NCBI RefSeq assembly: GCF_009914755.1
Contig: NC_060935.1
Origin: the human T2T-CHM13v2.0 reference genome, Homo sapiens
DNA: 64,000 bases
Direction: 5' to 3' (one strand)
The notes below the pieces were generated by a model. The model was not told where the DNA came from. It saw nothing but the letters and a program-made list of their open reading frames with translations, and searched no databases. Position 1 is the first letter of the stretch, and every line of letters starts with the position of its first letter. This document shows, in pieces, positions 18,191-35,466 of this stretch. The position numbers and the translations under genes are program-made.

Positions 18191-20084
18191 CAGTGGGTGC
18201 AGGACAGTGGGTGCAGCGCACCGGGCATGAGCTGAAGCAAGGTGAGGCATTGCCTCACTTGGGAAGCGCAAGGGGTCAGGGAGTTCCCTTTCCTAGTCAA
18301 AGAAAGGGGTGACAGAAGGCACCCGGAAAATCGGGTCACTCCCACCCTAATACTGCGCTTTTCCAATGGGCTTAAAAAATGGCACACCAGGAGATTATAT
18401 CCTGCACATGGCTCAGAGGGTCCTACGCCCACAGAGTCTCACTGACTTATAGCACAGCAGTCTGAGATCAAACTGCAAGGCAGCAGCGAGGCTGGGGGAG
18501 AGGTGCCTGCCATTGCCCAGGCTTGATTAGGTAAACAAAGCAGCCGGGAAGCTCGAACTGGATGGAGCCCACCACAGCTCAAGGAGGCCTGCCTGCCTCT
18601 GTAGGCTCCACCTCTGGGGGCAGGGCACAGACAAACAAAAAGACAGCAGTAACCTCTGCAGACTTAAATGTCCCTGTCTGACAGCTTTGAAGAGAGTAGC
18701 GGTTCTTCCAGCATGCAGCTGGAGATCTGAGAATGGGCAGACTGCCTCCTCAAGTGGGTCCCTGACCCCCGAGCAGCCTAACTGGGCGGCACCCCCCAGT
18801 AGGGGCAGACTGACACCTCACAGGGCCGGGTACTCCTCTGAGACAAAACTTCCAGAGGAACGATCAGGCAGCAGCATTTGCGGATCACCAATATGCACTG
18901 TTCTACAGCCACCGCTGTTCTGCAGCCACCGCTGCTGATACCTAGGCAAACAGGGTCTGGAGTGGACCTCTACCAAACTCCAACAGACCTGCAGCTGAGG
19001 GTCCTGTCTGTTAGAAGGAAAACTAACAAACAAAAAGGACATCCACACCAAAAACCCATCTGTAAGTCAACATCATCAAAGACCAAAAGTAGATAAAACC
19101 ACAAAGATGGGGAAAAAACAGAGCAGAAAAACTGGAAACTCTAAAAAGAAGAGCACCTCTCCTCCTCCAAAGGAACGCAGCTTCTCACCGGCAATGGAAC
19201 AAAGCTGGATGGAGAATGACTTTGACGAATTGAGAGAAGAAGGCTTCAGATGATCAAATGACTGCGAGCTACATGAGGAAATTCAAACCAATGGCAAAGA
19301 AGTTAAAAACTTTGAAAAAAAATTAGATAAATGGATACCTAGAATAACCTACGCAGAGAAGTCCTTAAAGGAGCTGATGGAGCTGAAAGCCAAGGCTCAA
19401 GAACTACGTGAAGAATGCAGAGCCTCAGGAGCCGATGCGATCAACTGGAAGAAAGGGTATCAGTGATGGAAGATGAAATGAATGAAATGAAGTGAGAAGG
19501 GAAGTTTAGAGAAAAAAGAATAAAAAGAAACGAACAAAGCCTCCAAGAAATACGGGACTATGTGAAAAGACGAAATCTACATCTGATTGGTGTACCTGAA
19601 CGTGACGGGGAGAATGGAACCAAGTTGGAAAACACTCTGCAGGATATTATCCAGGAGAACTTCCCCAATCTAGCAAGGCAGGCCAACATTCAGATTCAGG
19701 AAATATAGAGAATGCCACAAAGATACTCCTCGAGAAGAGCAACTCCAAGACACGTAATTGTCAGATTCACCAAAGTTGAAATGAAGGAAAACATGTTAAG
19801 GGCAGCCAGAGAGAAAGGTCGGGTTACCCACAAAGGGAAGCCCATCAGACTAACAGTGGATCTCTTGGCAGAAACTCTACAAGCCAGAAGAGAGTGGGGG
19901 CCAACATTCAACATTCTTAAAGAAAAGAATTTTCAACCCAGAATTTCATATCCAGTCAAACTAAGCTTCATAAGTGAAGGAGAAATAAAATCCTTTACAG
20001 ATAAGCAAATGCTGAGAGATTTTGTCGCCGCCAGGCCTGCCCTAAAAGAGCTCCTGAAGGAAGCACTAAACATGGAAAGGAATA
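18191..20084 (+). mobile_element. Inner L1PA inverted 5' segment (5' UTR lacking first ~0.1 kb, plus disrupted ORF1)
   Basis: L1PA 5' UTR in sense, ORF1 start 'atggggaaaaaacagagc' ~19108, ORF1 C-terminal ORF 19712-20098; ends 'aacatggaaaggaata' abutting the TSD. Confidence 0.95.
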
Positions 20085-22770
<2,686 letters not shown>

Positions 22771-23199
22771 AAAGATCTCATAGAAGAGTTGAGAGAGGAG
22801 GTTTATTATTGCAGGGAACAGCATTTTGGGCAAAGGGAACAGCATAAATGAAAAGGAATGAGGAGAGTATTAATAATTAGATAGCTGCATGTACTTCCCA
22901 AATGTAACATTTGGCTCATTTCATTAAAATTGCTTGCTAAATTGGCTTTCACTAAAGACTGTCCGTTTCTGAGGGCAGGAGCCTCATCTATCTTGCTTAC
23001 CACTGTATTTTCAATATCACGCTGAAGACCCATTGTGGGTTCGCAACCGTTATAATGAATAAATGAAGGGAATGAAAGGAAGAGCAGTGGGACACAAGGC
23101 TGGAAAGATACTGTGAAGCCTCATTGCTCAGGGTTGAATGTTGCACAAAGGAGGTTTTATTTTTGTCCTGTAAAAAATGGGGAGCCAGTGAAGGTTTTC

Positions 23200-23507
23200 T
23201 TTGTGTGTGTTTTGTTTTGGTTTGTTTTTGAGTTGGAGTCTTGCTTGGTCACCCAGGCTGGAGTACAGTGGCGCAGTCTCAGCTCACTCTGCTTCCCAAG
23301 TTCAAGCGATTCTCCTGCCTCAGCCCCCTGAGTAGCTGGGACTACAGGCACGTGCCACCACACCTGGCTAATTTTTCTACTTTTAGTAGAGATGGGGTTT
23401 CTACTAAATGCTGGCCAGGCTGGCCTTGAACTCCTGACCTCAGGTGATCTGTCCGCCTCGGCCTCCCAAAGTGCTGGGATTACAGACGTAAGCCACCACG
23501 CCCGGCT
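23200..23507 (-). mobile_element. AluS element
   Basis: Reverse Alu dimer with small internal deletion. Confidence 0.92.
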
Positions 23508-23526
23508 GTGTGTTTTAATTTAATAA

Positions 23527-23763
<237 letters not shown>

Positions 23764-23769
23764 TGAGAA

Positions 23770-24330
23770 GAAAGGTGTAATGAAGTCCCATACACCATTT
23801 ACCCAGCCCCTTCCAATACAACCATAGCACAATATCAAAACCAAGAACTTGATGTTGGTACAATCCATAGAACTTATTTAGATTTCACCAGTTTTATGCA
23901 TGAATCTGTGCGTGTGTCGCTTCATGCCATTTTATCACCAGCGTAGTCTTAAGTAACCACCATCACAATCAAGATATTAAACTTGACTGTTGAGTATCTT
24001 GGGAATGGTATTTGTTGAGTACCATTGCCACAAAGTTACCTTGTGTCACCCATTTGTAGTCACACTATGCCCCCATCCCTAATGCTTGGTAATTGGTAAT
24101 ATATCCTTCATCTAATTAAGTTATTTCATAATTGTTACATAAATAGAATTATGCAACATGTATCCTTTTAAGATTGGCTTTTTTCAGTCAGCTTAATTTC
24201 CTTGAGGTTCACCCAAATTGCAGTGTACATCAAGAGTCCACTCCTTTTCATTGTGCAGTGGTATTCCATGGTATGGATGTACCAGTTTGTTTAAGCATTC
24301 ATCATTTAAAGGACATTTGGGTAGTTCCCA
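23770..24330 (-). mobile_element. L1M 3' fragment
   Basis: 'gtattccatggtatggatgtaccagtttgtttaagcattc...aaggacatttgggt' typical of reverse L1M 3' end. Confidence 0.7.
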
Positions 24331-26864
24331 GAAGATCTTTGCTTAAGGGAATAATAGCATGCTGACTTTTTTCCTCTAAGGAGAGAATTCTAGAGACAGG
24401 GGAAGAAAGAATTTGATTAGAATAGTACTTAGTATAAAGAAGAGAAACAGAGACAAGTAGGAGGTCATTTCAATAGGACAAGAGGGAGATGAGGAGTGGA
24501 ACTAAGGAAGTGGCAATGAGGATGGGGAAGAGCTCAGAGATTCAAGAGAGGTTTCTGAGGTAGAATTGACAGAAAGGAGTTGGCAGGAATTTGATGTAGA
24601 AGATAAGATAAAATAAATCAACAATCCCTTAAATTGTTCTGGCTTGGTTAACTGCAAGAGTGGTGATTCTATACACTATGATATGCTATTCAGGAAGACA
24701 GGGCATTTAAGGAGGAGAAAAATGAATCCAATTTTGAGCACCCAGAGTTTGAGATGCTTAGCAAGAGATCCAAGTGGTAGTGCCCAGAGGTTCAGGAGAA
24801 CTACCCGGGCAGGAGAGGCAATGGAGGAGCTTCCAGAATACAAGTTATATTTGGATCTGTGGAATGGATGAGATTGTCTGAGGAGTGACAGAAAGTTGAG
24901 TAGAGAGAAAGCTGAGGTCATAAGCTTGGGAAATCAACATGGAAGGCTATGAAGGCATCAAACACAATGACAGGGAAAACTGTTGTACTGGCCATCAGGT
25001 GATCATTGGGTGATCTTTGCACAACCAGTCTCAGTAGGCAGCATGATGGGGCAGGTGAGGTGATGAAGGAGAGATGAAGCAGTGGAGGCAAGTAGTGAGA
25101 GCTCTGAAGAATTTGGGAGCTGGGAGCTACCTGCAGGATCTCATCAAGATCCCCACATACCTGGTGCCCCCTGTGGCCATGGGGGCATACACCAATCCAC
25201 CAGATGTAGCTTTTCTGCAAGTCCATATGTGATCCTGGGACCGGTCTAAGTTTAGCTCTTGACTAACACCTACTTGCCTTCTTGGGGATAGACTAGGAAA
25301 GTTGCTTTGGGTCTGAGAAATGAACAGGTCTGTGAACTGAGGTCTTGATACTAAGTGAAGAGAGAAGAGATAAGCAGGGGCTGGCACAGCTGATAGAGTG
25401 AGGTCCCTGAGGATTGGGAAGAGACTAGTGGAGAGATCTGTGTTGGGGGAAGAATCTTTGCTCAGAATCCGAAAGTAATTCCATCAGGATGGGAGAGATG
25501 ATGACAGTTGTGATGTGCAGGAGAGAGGGGCTTTAGGCTACAACATTCTCAGTGAGGTAGGAGGTCATCGCAGTTGAAAGCAAGAAAGTAGGGGTTGTTC
25601 CATAGGTCAAAGAGAGTGATAGTAGCACCTGTCACCACCTGACATAATACTGGTGTGGCATTTGGCTGTTTTTTTCTCAGTAGGATATATCTCAGCATTT
25701 AGAATCATGTCTGACACGAAGTAGGGCTTGATAAATATTGAGTGGATGAAAAAATGAACACGGAGGAGCAAAATGACTGGTGAGCATCACAGAGGGCCCA
25801 GCTGCAGTGGAAATAATTCCTTCCTCTCCTGCTCTGGCCCTCACGTCTGTACTTGTCCCCTGCTGCCTTGTAGCTGAGTTATTTCTAGTCATGTCTTGTC
25901 CCCTGTCCTGCACTGAACACTCTTTGGGGCTAAGTCTGCAGCTGATCCATCCTGCTGTGTGCACAGGTGGTAGGTGTTCAGAAATTATTTGCTAAATGAA
26001 TTGATATGTGACCCAAATGTTAAGCAGCTTCAGTTGTTGCAAATGCCCTTGTTTTGTTGCATTAAAATCTAGCTTCTTGTGACTTCTATATGTTAGTTGA
26101 CATTTTGCCATTTGGAATAAATGAAGCCTGTTTCTTCTACCCTTAGCCAGCTTTTCAAGTGTTTGAATCATTGTGGCGTCTCCCACACTTTCCCAGGTAA
26201 AGGTGTGTGATTCTTGTGACTGCCCCTCCTATGACTGGTTTCCAAGCCCCCTGGCATTCTGGTCTCTCTGGGATAGGAACTCCCATAGACACCATCGGAC
26301 TATGCCTCTGCAGGGACCCAGGCACTCTGGTCCAGCACATATAGAAATGGCTGGAGGCCCTGTTTTTTAATCATCCCTTTCCAGAGTTTTACAGTCAACC
26401 TATAAAACTGTGAGGTCCAGTGAATTCTAAAATTAGAAGCCAGTCTGTCATTGGAGCTGACTTCTATGCCAGCAATGAGGTACATCTCTGCCCAGCAGGA
26501 CCTGTGACCCTGAGCCTGTTAAGCTGGTAGCACTTTGCAGAGAGTTGTACTTTATTCCTTTTTGGGAGGTGAAAGGCAAGTGCCTCTGCCATTCCCCCTC
26601 TGTATTTTAAAAGATGAAGATAATAAATAAGGGGCCCCTACATCCCTGGGGTGGGGGGCAGACAGAAGCCTCCTTTTCAGCACTGCTGGGCAGAAACAGC
26701 TTTTGGTTGGAGTTGTTTTGCTGAAACTCTTCATTGTCTTTACCCCTTAGTACCAGGCTATGTGGGGAGTTCATTAGCTCATATTTCAGGTTTCAGTCAG
26801 AGGGGAAGAAACTGGCCTCCAAGGAGCAAGGCTATGACCCTTATAGATAACCCAGCAGGGTCTA

Positions 26865-27890
26865 TTTTTAAATTTATTGAGAGATAATTAGCATCCAATA
26901 AAATACATAGCTCTTAAGGGCTCAGTGCGAAGAGTTTTGACAGTTGTAGACACCTGCTTAAACATTGCCTAAAGTAAGACACAGAACATTTCCATTACCC
27001 CCAAAGCTCTCTGGTGCCCCTTCCCAATCTAGTCCACCACCTTCCTAACTACTTTCTGCCTTCTATTATGATAGACTAGTAATTTCTGTCCTTGGGCTTC
27101 ATGGAAATGGAATCGTACAGCATTCACTCTTTTGTGTCTTCTTTTGATCAACACAATGTTTTAGATTCTATCATGTTGTTGTATGTATCAGCAGTTTACT
27201 CCTTTTCAGTACCAAATAGTATTTCATTTCATGAACATACAATTTATTTATCTGTTTTCCTGTTAACAAATGTTTGGATTGTCTAAAGTTTTTGGCCATT
27301 GTGAATAGAAGCTATAATGAATCTCTGTGTGCAAGTCTTTGTGTGGACATATGGTTTTCACTCCCGTTAGGTAAGTATCTAGAGTAAATGCATGAACCTT
27401 AGAAGAAATTTTCAAACAGTTTTTCAAAGTGGCTATGCCATTTTACACTCTTCTGCCCCAGCCCACACCTGTCCCCAATAATGTATGTTCCAGTTGCCCT
27501 ACATCTTTGGATGATGTCTTCTAAGTTTTATCCACTCTAGTGGGTATGGAGTGCTATCTTATTGTGGTTTTCATTTGCATATTCTTATAACTAATGATGT
27601 TAAGCATTTCTCAAGTATTTTATGGGTCATTTGTAAATCTCCTTTGGTGAAGTGTCTTTTCAGATCTTTGTCCAATTTATAACTTGGATTTTTTTTTTTG
27701 TCTTTTCTTGATTTGTAAGATTTTTTTATGTATTCTGGATTTGTTAGATATGTGCTGTGTGTGTATGTAGCAGTGTGTGGCCTGTGGCCTATTTCATCTT
27801 CTTAATGGTATAATTTGATAAGGAGACGTGTTTAATTTTGTTTATATCAATTTATCAGTTTTTGTCTTTTATGGTTAGTGCTGGCTGATC
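26865..27890 (-). mobile_element. L1M 3' fragment
   Basis: Reverse L1 ORF2 end and 3' UTR motifs ('ttgtggttttcatttgcat', 'gcaagtctttgtgtggacatatg'). Confidence 0.75.
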
Positions 27891-28240
27891 TAATTTTCAT
27901 ATGAGAGACTCTTCTTAGCTGTGAGAGACAGGAGTTCTGAGATACCAGAAAATTACCTGGAATAGTTGGGAGTGGAAGGGACTGGTAGAACCTTCACCTT
28001 TTGAGGTCACAGCAGCCTTGCAGCTTGGTACTTGGAGAAGGCACAAGGTTAGTGAGTAATCAGGAGACCTAAACTCAAGGCCTGGCTCAGCCATTTACTA
28101 CTTGAGTGACCAGTTTATTCATCTGTAAGATGGGGAGTTGTCGTTGAGCTTACCCAGCCCATATCACAATGGGCTTTGAAAAAACTGAAAGCCAAAAGGT
28201 GCTCAACAAGTGATCATGAGTATTATAATACTATAACCCC

Positions 28241-28304
28241 CATTATATTATAACCACCATTACATTATAACTACCATTATATTATAACCACCATTATATT
28301 GTAA
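28241..28304. repeat. 17-bp minisatellite (cattatattataaccac) x ~3.8
   Basis: Direct reading of repeated unit. Confidence 0.8.
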
Positions 28305-31300
28305 TATAATAACCACCACTCTTATTATCATCCACCCTACAGTGGTCCATTGTCTTGTTTGTGGTATCTAATTCCTGCTTCCCTGTTTCTTACTCCAGAA
28401 CATTTCATGTTCAAAAGCATTTTTCTTGGGGAACAGGTGGGAAGGAAAGACTGCAAAACTTGAATCCATTTTTTGTCACTTGTTTGTATTTCCAGAAAAA
28501 ACAACCTTGAGGTGTATTAGTCCTATGGTGCGTGTGCTGGGCGCTGAGCTGTGCAGTGGGAGCCTCACATGAGAATCTGAGAGGTTCACAATGGATGGGG
28601 ACACAGAATGAGCCCCCGAGCAGGCTGCCACGGGTGTCTAGCCTTGTGACCTCTCATGGCTGCTTTTGTGATTTTTGTTCCCCCTCTACATCCCCAATTT
28701 TTAACATACCTTTCACCAAAAAACTCATGTGATTGTAGGTAGTTTATTTTGTCAGGAGTCAGACCTTACTTTCCCACATGTTAACATGGGTTCATGAATT
28801 ACATACAACCAAAGGTAACTGCCATTAACCTGTGCAGTTTTATAATTGGCTTTTTAAAAATGTCGAAAATGTTATGGGTATCCTGCTCCTACCTCTGAGA
28901 AACCCGAGCAGTCTGAGACCTTGGAAGGATGGTCCCTGCTCACTGCAGTCCACGTCTTTGAGAAGAGCTACAAGAGGGCAATCTTTTTCTTTATCCTTGC
29001 TTTAAAGTACAGTCCCTCTTAAGAGCAGAGGGGGCAGGCAGGGAGTCTCTTTATGATGCAGATTGCCGATTTGTGATGGGAATGATCTAAAGTTTTTGAT
29101 AGGTGGAAAACATCCGCTCCCATGGTACCCAGCTGAGTTTAGGCCTAGAAGTGTTAAGCTGGACCATACAGGCTGCCCCTCCTCCAGCCAGACATGGGGG
29201 TTCAGCCTGATAGCCCAGGGCTCCTTGTTATTGCCCTCCAGAGGAGTGTTCAAAACATAAAAGTGGTCTGAGAAAGGCAGCAATCTTGTTTTCTCATGTC
29301 TCCTTAGTTTATGGAGAAGCCAAAAAACTCCATAACAAATATTCAAATCCAGACCCTGTCTCCACCCTGAGATGGGTCCCCAGAGCCTGAGTGAGATGCG
29401 GTATAATCTGGAGAGGGAGGAGATGAGGGCAGGATGAAGTGGCGTGGGAGGCGGGGTGGAAAGTGTAAGGTCCTTGCCTGGCTGTGGTATCAGCAGTGAG
29501 TCCAGCAAGCAAAGGGTGTTAAGGGAATGAACTTGATCCTTGAGGCCTCAAAGCAGGAGTGGTCTCTGTTCTCTGTGTATATCTGAGAGAGGAGTTGGGA
29601 GGTGAGGAGGCAGCAAAGATAAGAGGCCAGTGGCTGGGTGTCGTATTACAAAGCTGAGAGGAAGAAGCGAAGAAACGAAGAGCTCTCTCAAGAAAGATCA
29701 GAGAAAGCTGTGATTATGCAATATGCCCACTGCAGACAGACAGGCGGCACTGGCCCTTCATCTTTCTTAACCTCAGATTCCGAGAGAGCCTTTGTAGCCT
29801 GGTCAGTCACACACAGGCATGGGCTGGGCTGGGCTGGGGTGAACGTCAAAGCCCTGGCAGGTCTCACTCTGGATAAGAGGGTAAACCTGGGGAAAACCGA
29901 AGACATTTCCAGGTTAGGGAACTGATGCTCAGCCACAAGCCTGGTTATCAGTTTCCCACATTTAGCCCCCTTCAAGTTGCCCCCACCCTCCCAACCAAGT
30001 ACCCCAGGCCTCTAAAGCTCCAGCACTGCAGATGGTAGCGTGTGCAGTGCCCCAACCTGCCACACACTTGGCAGGCCCCACCCAGACACGTGCCAACTTG
30101 AGCTTGGTAAAGAGTGAAACCGCAATCCATCCGGCAGTTGTTTTGTCTGCATGACACCAAACCAACCAGTTATTTACACTGGTGCCACACGGTAAGGAGA
30201 GCTATTTTGACTCAAACCAGCTCCTTGGACATTGTGGAGCCTGCGCTTGGTACCACATGGAAGGAAGGTAAAGACGTGTCAGAGACTTCCTCAGATTCAG
30301 GCTGAGTCAAACATCACTGCCCTGACTGAAACTGGGCACTGTTTTGGGTTGCCCCAATCTTAAGGCTCAAGCATTTTTGTTCACTGCCACAGCTCTGAGT
30401 ATATGTATGGCCTCTGTGGGTGTCCCTGGGTGCCAGGAGTTACACAGAGCAGAAGGAACACCGCGCTGTGCTTGCAACTGAGAGGATTAGAAACCAAAGC
30501 AGCACAGACACAGATCCTCACCTAAGACAGCACTTGGCATTGGAGAAGGGTTGCAGGGAAGTGGGTCTCTGGGTCATAACCTGGACGTGGCTTATCCCCA
30601 GGGTGGGTTCTCAGTAAATGTCAAATCACCAGCTTCTTGCGTGGGCAAATGCCAGGAATAAATGTGGACCATGGAGAAGGCACGAGAAACATCCTGCCAC
30701 TTCCTAACTGTGGAACCTTTGCTAGATGTGGCCTCTCCTGTGGTCATCTGAGGTTGGTCTGCTGATTTCTGAGGTCATGTCAAATGGCTCAGATTCTAGA
30801 TAATAGACTTAATCTTTTGACAAAACCTGGAGGCAATGGAAGGGAAAGAGCTCCACAAAATACCTAAGATGTCTGATTAATTTTCCCTCACCCATGCACA
30901 CCCATAGAGGGCTTTAGACTTTTGGACAGTTTTCCCATTCATCACGTTGCCTTTGAATGCTCTTGCCCTAGATATCCACAGAGCCAGCTGCCTGTCTCAG
31001 CGAGGCTTCTCTGGATACCTGCCCCCACATTTTACCAGCTCCATCTGCTCCTGCCACTTCCATCTCCCTTCCTGGTTTTATTTCTCTACTTAGCACTTAC
31101 TATAATTTGATATACAAAATATTTTCTCATTTGTCACATTCATTGTCTGCTTTCCCCACTAGAGTGCAAACTCCATGAAGGTGGGGAGGTTTCCTTGTGC
31201 ACTGCTTGTTCACTGCTGTACCCGGTGAGGACAGCACCTGGCACATAGCGAGTTATTAATACATACTTATCAAATGACTAAATCATTGTTTTATGTTCTT

Positions 31301-31854
31301 TGAGTAGATATGTTACAGATGAGGAAATTGAGGCAGAATGTATCTACGCTTATTTCCAATGACTAGGTTTGGGATAGGCTGAGAGCTGTGCTTTCTGCTG
31401 GGAAAGTGCTCTTTTCTCTTCTGAGCAACCATGTCCCTGAGAGGTGGGTCCAGTCATGGTGTCACCAGACACATACTTTGCCCTCAGATGTCAGCCTGGC
31501 TGGAGCACCATCTGGTGACCAGTGAGGAGAGCTGGGGGTCGTCAGTGGGCTGCTGAGGTGAGCGATTATGGGGAAGAACAGTTTCTAAGTGAACACAAAG
31601 GGTTGGACCAATAGTCTGGGCAAGTACCAGGGGAGCACTCAGCTTGCCAGGTCTGTGCCCAAAAGTGGAAGAGAGGCACTGAGCCAAAAGAGATGGTTAG
31701 CCTTCAGGATTGGGACTAAGAGTGGGGAGGGCTGTGGGTGGAAGCAGAAGGGCCACAGGAGGAAGGGGAATCCTCACACACTTTTTAGGCTTGGAAAGAC
31801 ACAACCACTTCAAGTCAGATGGGTCAGGCCTCACCTCTAGGAACCCTGATCTAT

Positions 31855-32055
31855 TCAAGCTCTTAGTTCAGCCTCCTGAGTAGCTGGGACTATAGGTGCT
31901 TGCCACCATGCCTGGCTAATTTTTGTATTTTTTGTAGAGATGAGGTTTCGCCATGTTTGTTGCCCAGGAAGTCTCGAACTCCTAGCCTCAGGCAACCCAC
32001 CTGCCTCAGCCTCCCAAAGTACTGGGATTACAGGCATCAGCCACTGCACCTGGCC
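31855..32055 (-). mobile_element. Partial Alu (AluJ-like)
   Basis: Reverse Alu left arm and part of right arm; no tail. Confidence 0.88.
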
Positions 32056-33559
32056 GATGGTGATTACTTTCTTTCAACACTTGAAATATTTCACTCTCTT
32101 TTGCTTGCATGATTTCTGATGAGAAGTCTATTGTAATTCTTACCTTTGCTCCTCTAGGTATTTTTTTTCTTCTTTCAATATTTTCTTTTTGACTTTGATT
32201 TTCTGTGGTTTAAATATGATATGCCTAGGTGTAGATTTTTTGGTGTTTATCCTGAGCTTCCTTGCTCTGTGGTTTGGTGTGTGTCATTAATCATGAGACG
32301 TTTTCAATAATTTTTGTTTCAAATGCTTTTTTTGTTTTTCTTCTCCTTCTGGCATTTGCCTTATATATATGTTATACCTTTTGTAATTTTCCCACAGTTT
32401 TTGGATATTCTATTTTATATTTTTCACTGCTTTTTCTCTTTGCCTTTCAGTTTTGGAAGTTTGTACTGACATTTCTTCAAGCTCACGGTTCTTTCCTCAA
32501 TCGTATCGAATCTATTGATGAGCTCATCAAAGGCATTCTTCATTTTTGTTACATCGTTACATTGATTTCTAGAATTTTTTTATTCTTAGAGTTTCCATAC
32601 CTCTGCTTATGGTATTCATCTGTTCTTGCATGTTGTCTAATCTTTTGATTAGTACCAATAGTATATTAATTATAGCTGTTTAAATTCCTGGTGTAATAAT
32701 TCCAACATCTTTGCCGTATCAAAGTCTATGGATGTGTTTCACATATGTTCCACTGACATGTTTTTCTCTCTCTCCATCAATACTGTAATCTCCTGATTGC
32801 TCTAATTATATAGTAAGCCTTAATTTTGAGAAATGTGGTCTTTTCACCTTATTCTTCTTTGCCAAGGTGATGTTAGCTATTCTAAGGCCTGTGCCTTTCC
32901 AATAAATTTTAGAAGAAACTTATCTACAGCTACAAAAATCCTTTCTGGGAGTTTTGGTTGGAATTGAATTAAACCTATATATCAATTTGGGAAGAGTTGA
33001 CATATTTACTGCGTTGAGTCTTCCAATCCATGATTATTGCATATCTCCCCATTTATTTAGGTCCTCTGATTATTTTCACCAGCATTTCATCAATATTTTG
33101 TAATTTTCAGCATTCATATCTTATATATGTTTTCTTAGATTTATGCCTAAGTATTTCATTTTCTTTAATTATAAGTGGTATTGTCTTTAATTTTACTTTC
33201 AGCATGTTATTAGCATATGTAAGTATAAAATGATTTTTGTGTGTTGACCTTGTATTCTGTGACCCTGCTGAATTAAATTATTAGTCCTAGGAGGTACTTT
33301 TAAAAAAATTCCTTGGGATTTTCTATGACAGTCATGTCAATCATGACACTTGCAGATAGCTTTATTTCTTCTTTTCCAATCTGTATGCCTTTGTTTTCCT
33401 GCCTTAGTTCAGTGGCTATACCTTCCAGTAGTATGTTCAGCAAGAGTGGTGATAGCAGACATCCTTGGTTTGTTCCTAATCTTAGGAGAAAGCATTTAGT
33501 CTTTCACCATTTCAGTATGAGATTAGCTGTAGACTTTTTGTAGATTTTAAAAAAAATCA

Positions 33560-33925
<366 letters not shown>

Positions 33926-34877
33926 TTATTTTTTTAAATCATTAATGGGTATTGGATTTTCAAATGTCTTTCTGTGTCAATTTATATGATACTATGATTT
34001 TCCATCTTTAGCCTGTTGATATATGGTTGGTATACTGATTTTCAAATATTGAACCACTTGCATATCTGAAAAAAAAATCCTACTTGGTCATTGTAAATAA
34101 TTCCTTTTATTCATTGCTAGATTGTTTGCTAATTAAAAATTGGCATCTAAATTCATGAGAGACATTGGTAATTCCTTCTTTTCTTCCTTTTCTTTTCTTC
34201 CTTTCCTCTTTTTATTTATTTTCATACGGTCTTTTTTGGAATTTGTATCAGGATAATACTTGACTTCATAAAATGAGTTGGAAGTGTTTCCTACTTTTCT
34301 ATTTTCTGAAAGAGACTGTATAAAATTGGTTACAATTTTTCTTTAAAGGTTAGAATTCTCCAGTGAAACCATCTGGGCCTGGGAGATTTTTTTCTTTGGG
34401 AGCTTTACGTTGTGAATTTATTTAATGATTATGTGACTATTCAGATTATGTTTCATCTTGGTGGTGTATTGGTAAGTTGTGGTTTGTCAAGTTTATAAGT
34501 GTGAAAATTATTTGTAGTATTCTCTTATTCTTTTAATGGCTGCAGAATCCGTAATGATATCTCATGTTTTATTCCTGATATTGGTGATTTGTTTTCTCTT
34601 TCATTAGTCTTCCTAGAGATTTAGCAATTTTATTGATTTTTAAAAATAAGCCATCTTTTTAATTTTCTCTATTTTTCTATATTCAATTTTATTGATTTCT
34701 GCTTTGATCTTTATTATTTTCTCCCTTCTGCTTGTTTTGGATTAATTTTGCTCTTCTTTATCTAGTTTTTTAAGGTGGGGTCTTAGCTTATTGATTGGAG
34801 ATCTTTCCTCTGTTTTAATGTAAGCATTTAGTGTTATAAATTCTCCTTTAGGCACTGCTTTACCAGTATCCCATATG

Positions 34878-35466
34878 TAGTAAATCCTCATTTAATGTCA
34901 TCAATATGTTCTTGGAAACTGTGACTTTAAGCAAAAGGACAACAAAATGAAACCAATTTTACCTAAGGTTAATTGATATAAACAAGAGTTAAGATTCTTT
35001 GGTGTTTCTGGTCACAAACCCTGTCAAACTTCTAAATAAAGACCCAAATTATTCTAATATTGAATCTTGGAATAAATGCTAACTCTATATATTTAAAATA
35101 GATTAACAAACACAAGTAAGATACTTACTCAGTTGTTCCAATTCAAGGTCTCGGGTGGCAGGTGCCTGTCCTGGCAACTCAGCGTGCAAGGCAGGAACCA
35201 TCCCTGACAGGATGCCATCCCAACGCAGGGCACACTCACACACCCACACTCATCCTGGGACAATGTAGACATGCCAGTGGACCTAACGGGCACATCTTTG
35301 GGATGTGGGAGGAAATCAGAGTACCAGAAAAAACCCAGGAACACGTAAGGACAATGTGCAAACTCCACACAGACAGTGGCCCTAGCTGGAAATCTATTTA
35401 TTTATTTTTCTTCAGTGTTACAATGAAACAACATTGAATGAAATGACGTTATTCAAGGACTTGCTG
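34878..35466 (-). mobile_element. MER6-like Tigger DNA transposon
   Basis: Imperfect terminal inverted repeats 'tagtaaatcctcatttaatgtc' / 'gacgttattcaaggacttgctg' followed by TA. Confidence 0.75.

Noticed and set aside
28241-28304. Short repeats as a CRISPR-like array
   Set aside because: Contiguous minisatellite with no spacers, in human DNA.
29002-29508. 168-aa minus-strand ORF in unique DNA
   Set aside because: Non-ATG start, no recognisable domain or splice structure; length compatible with chance.
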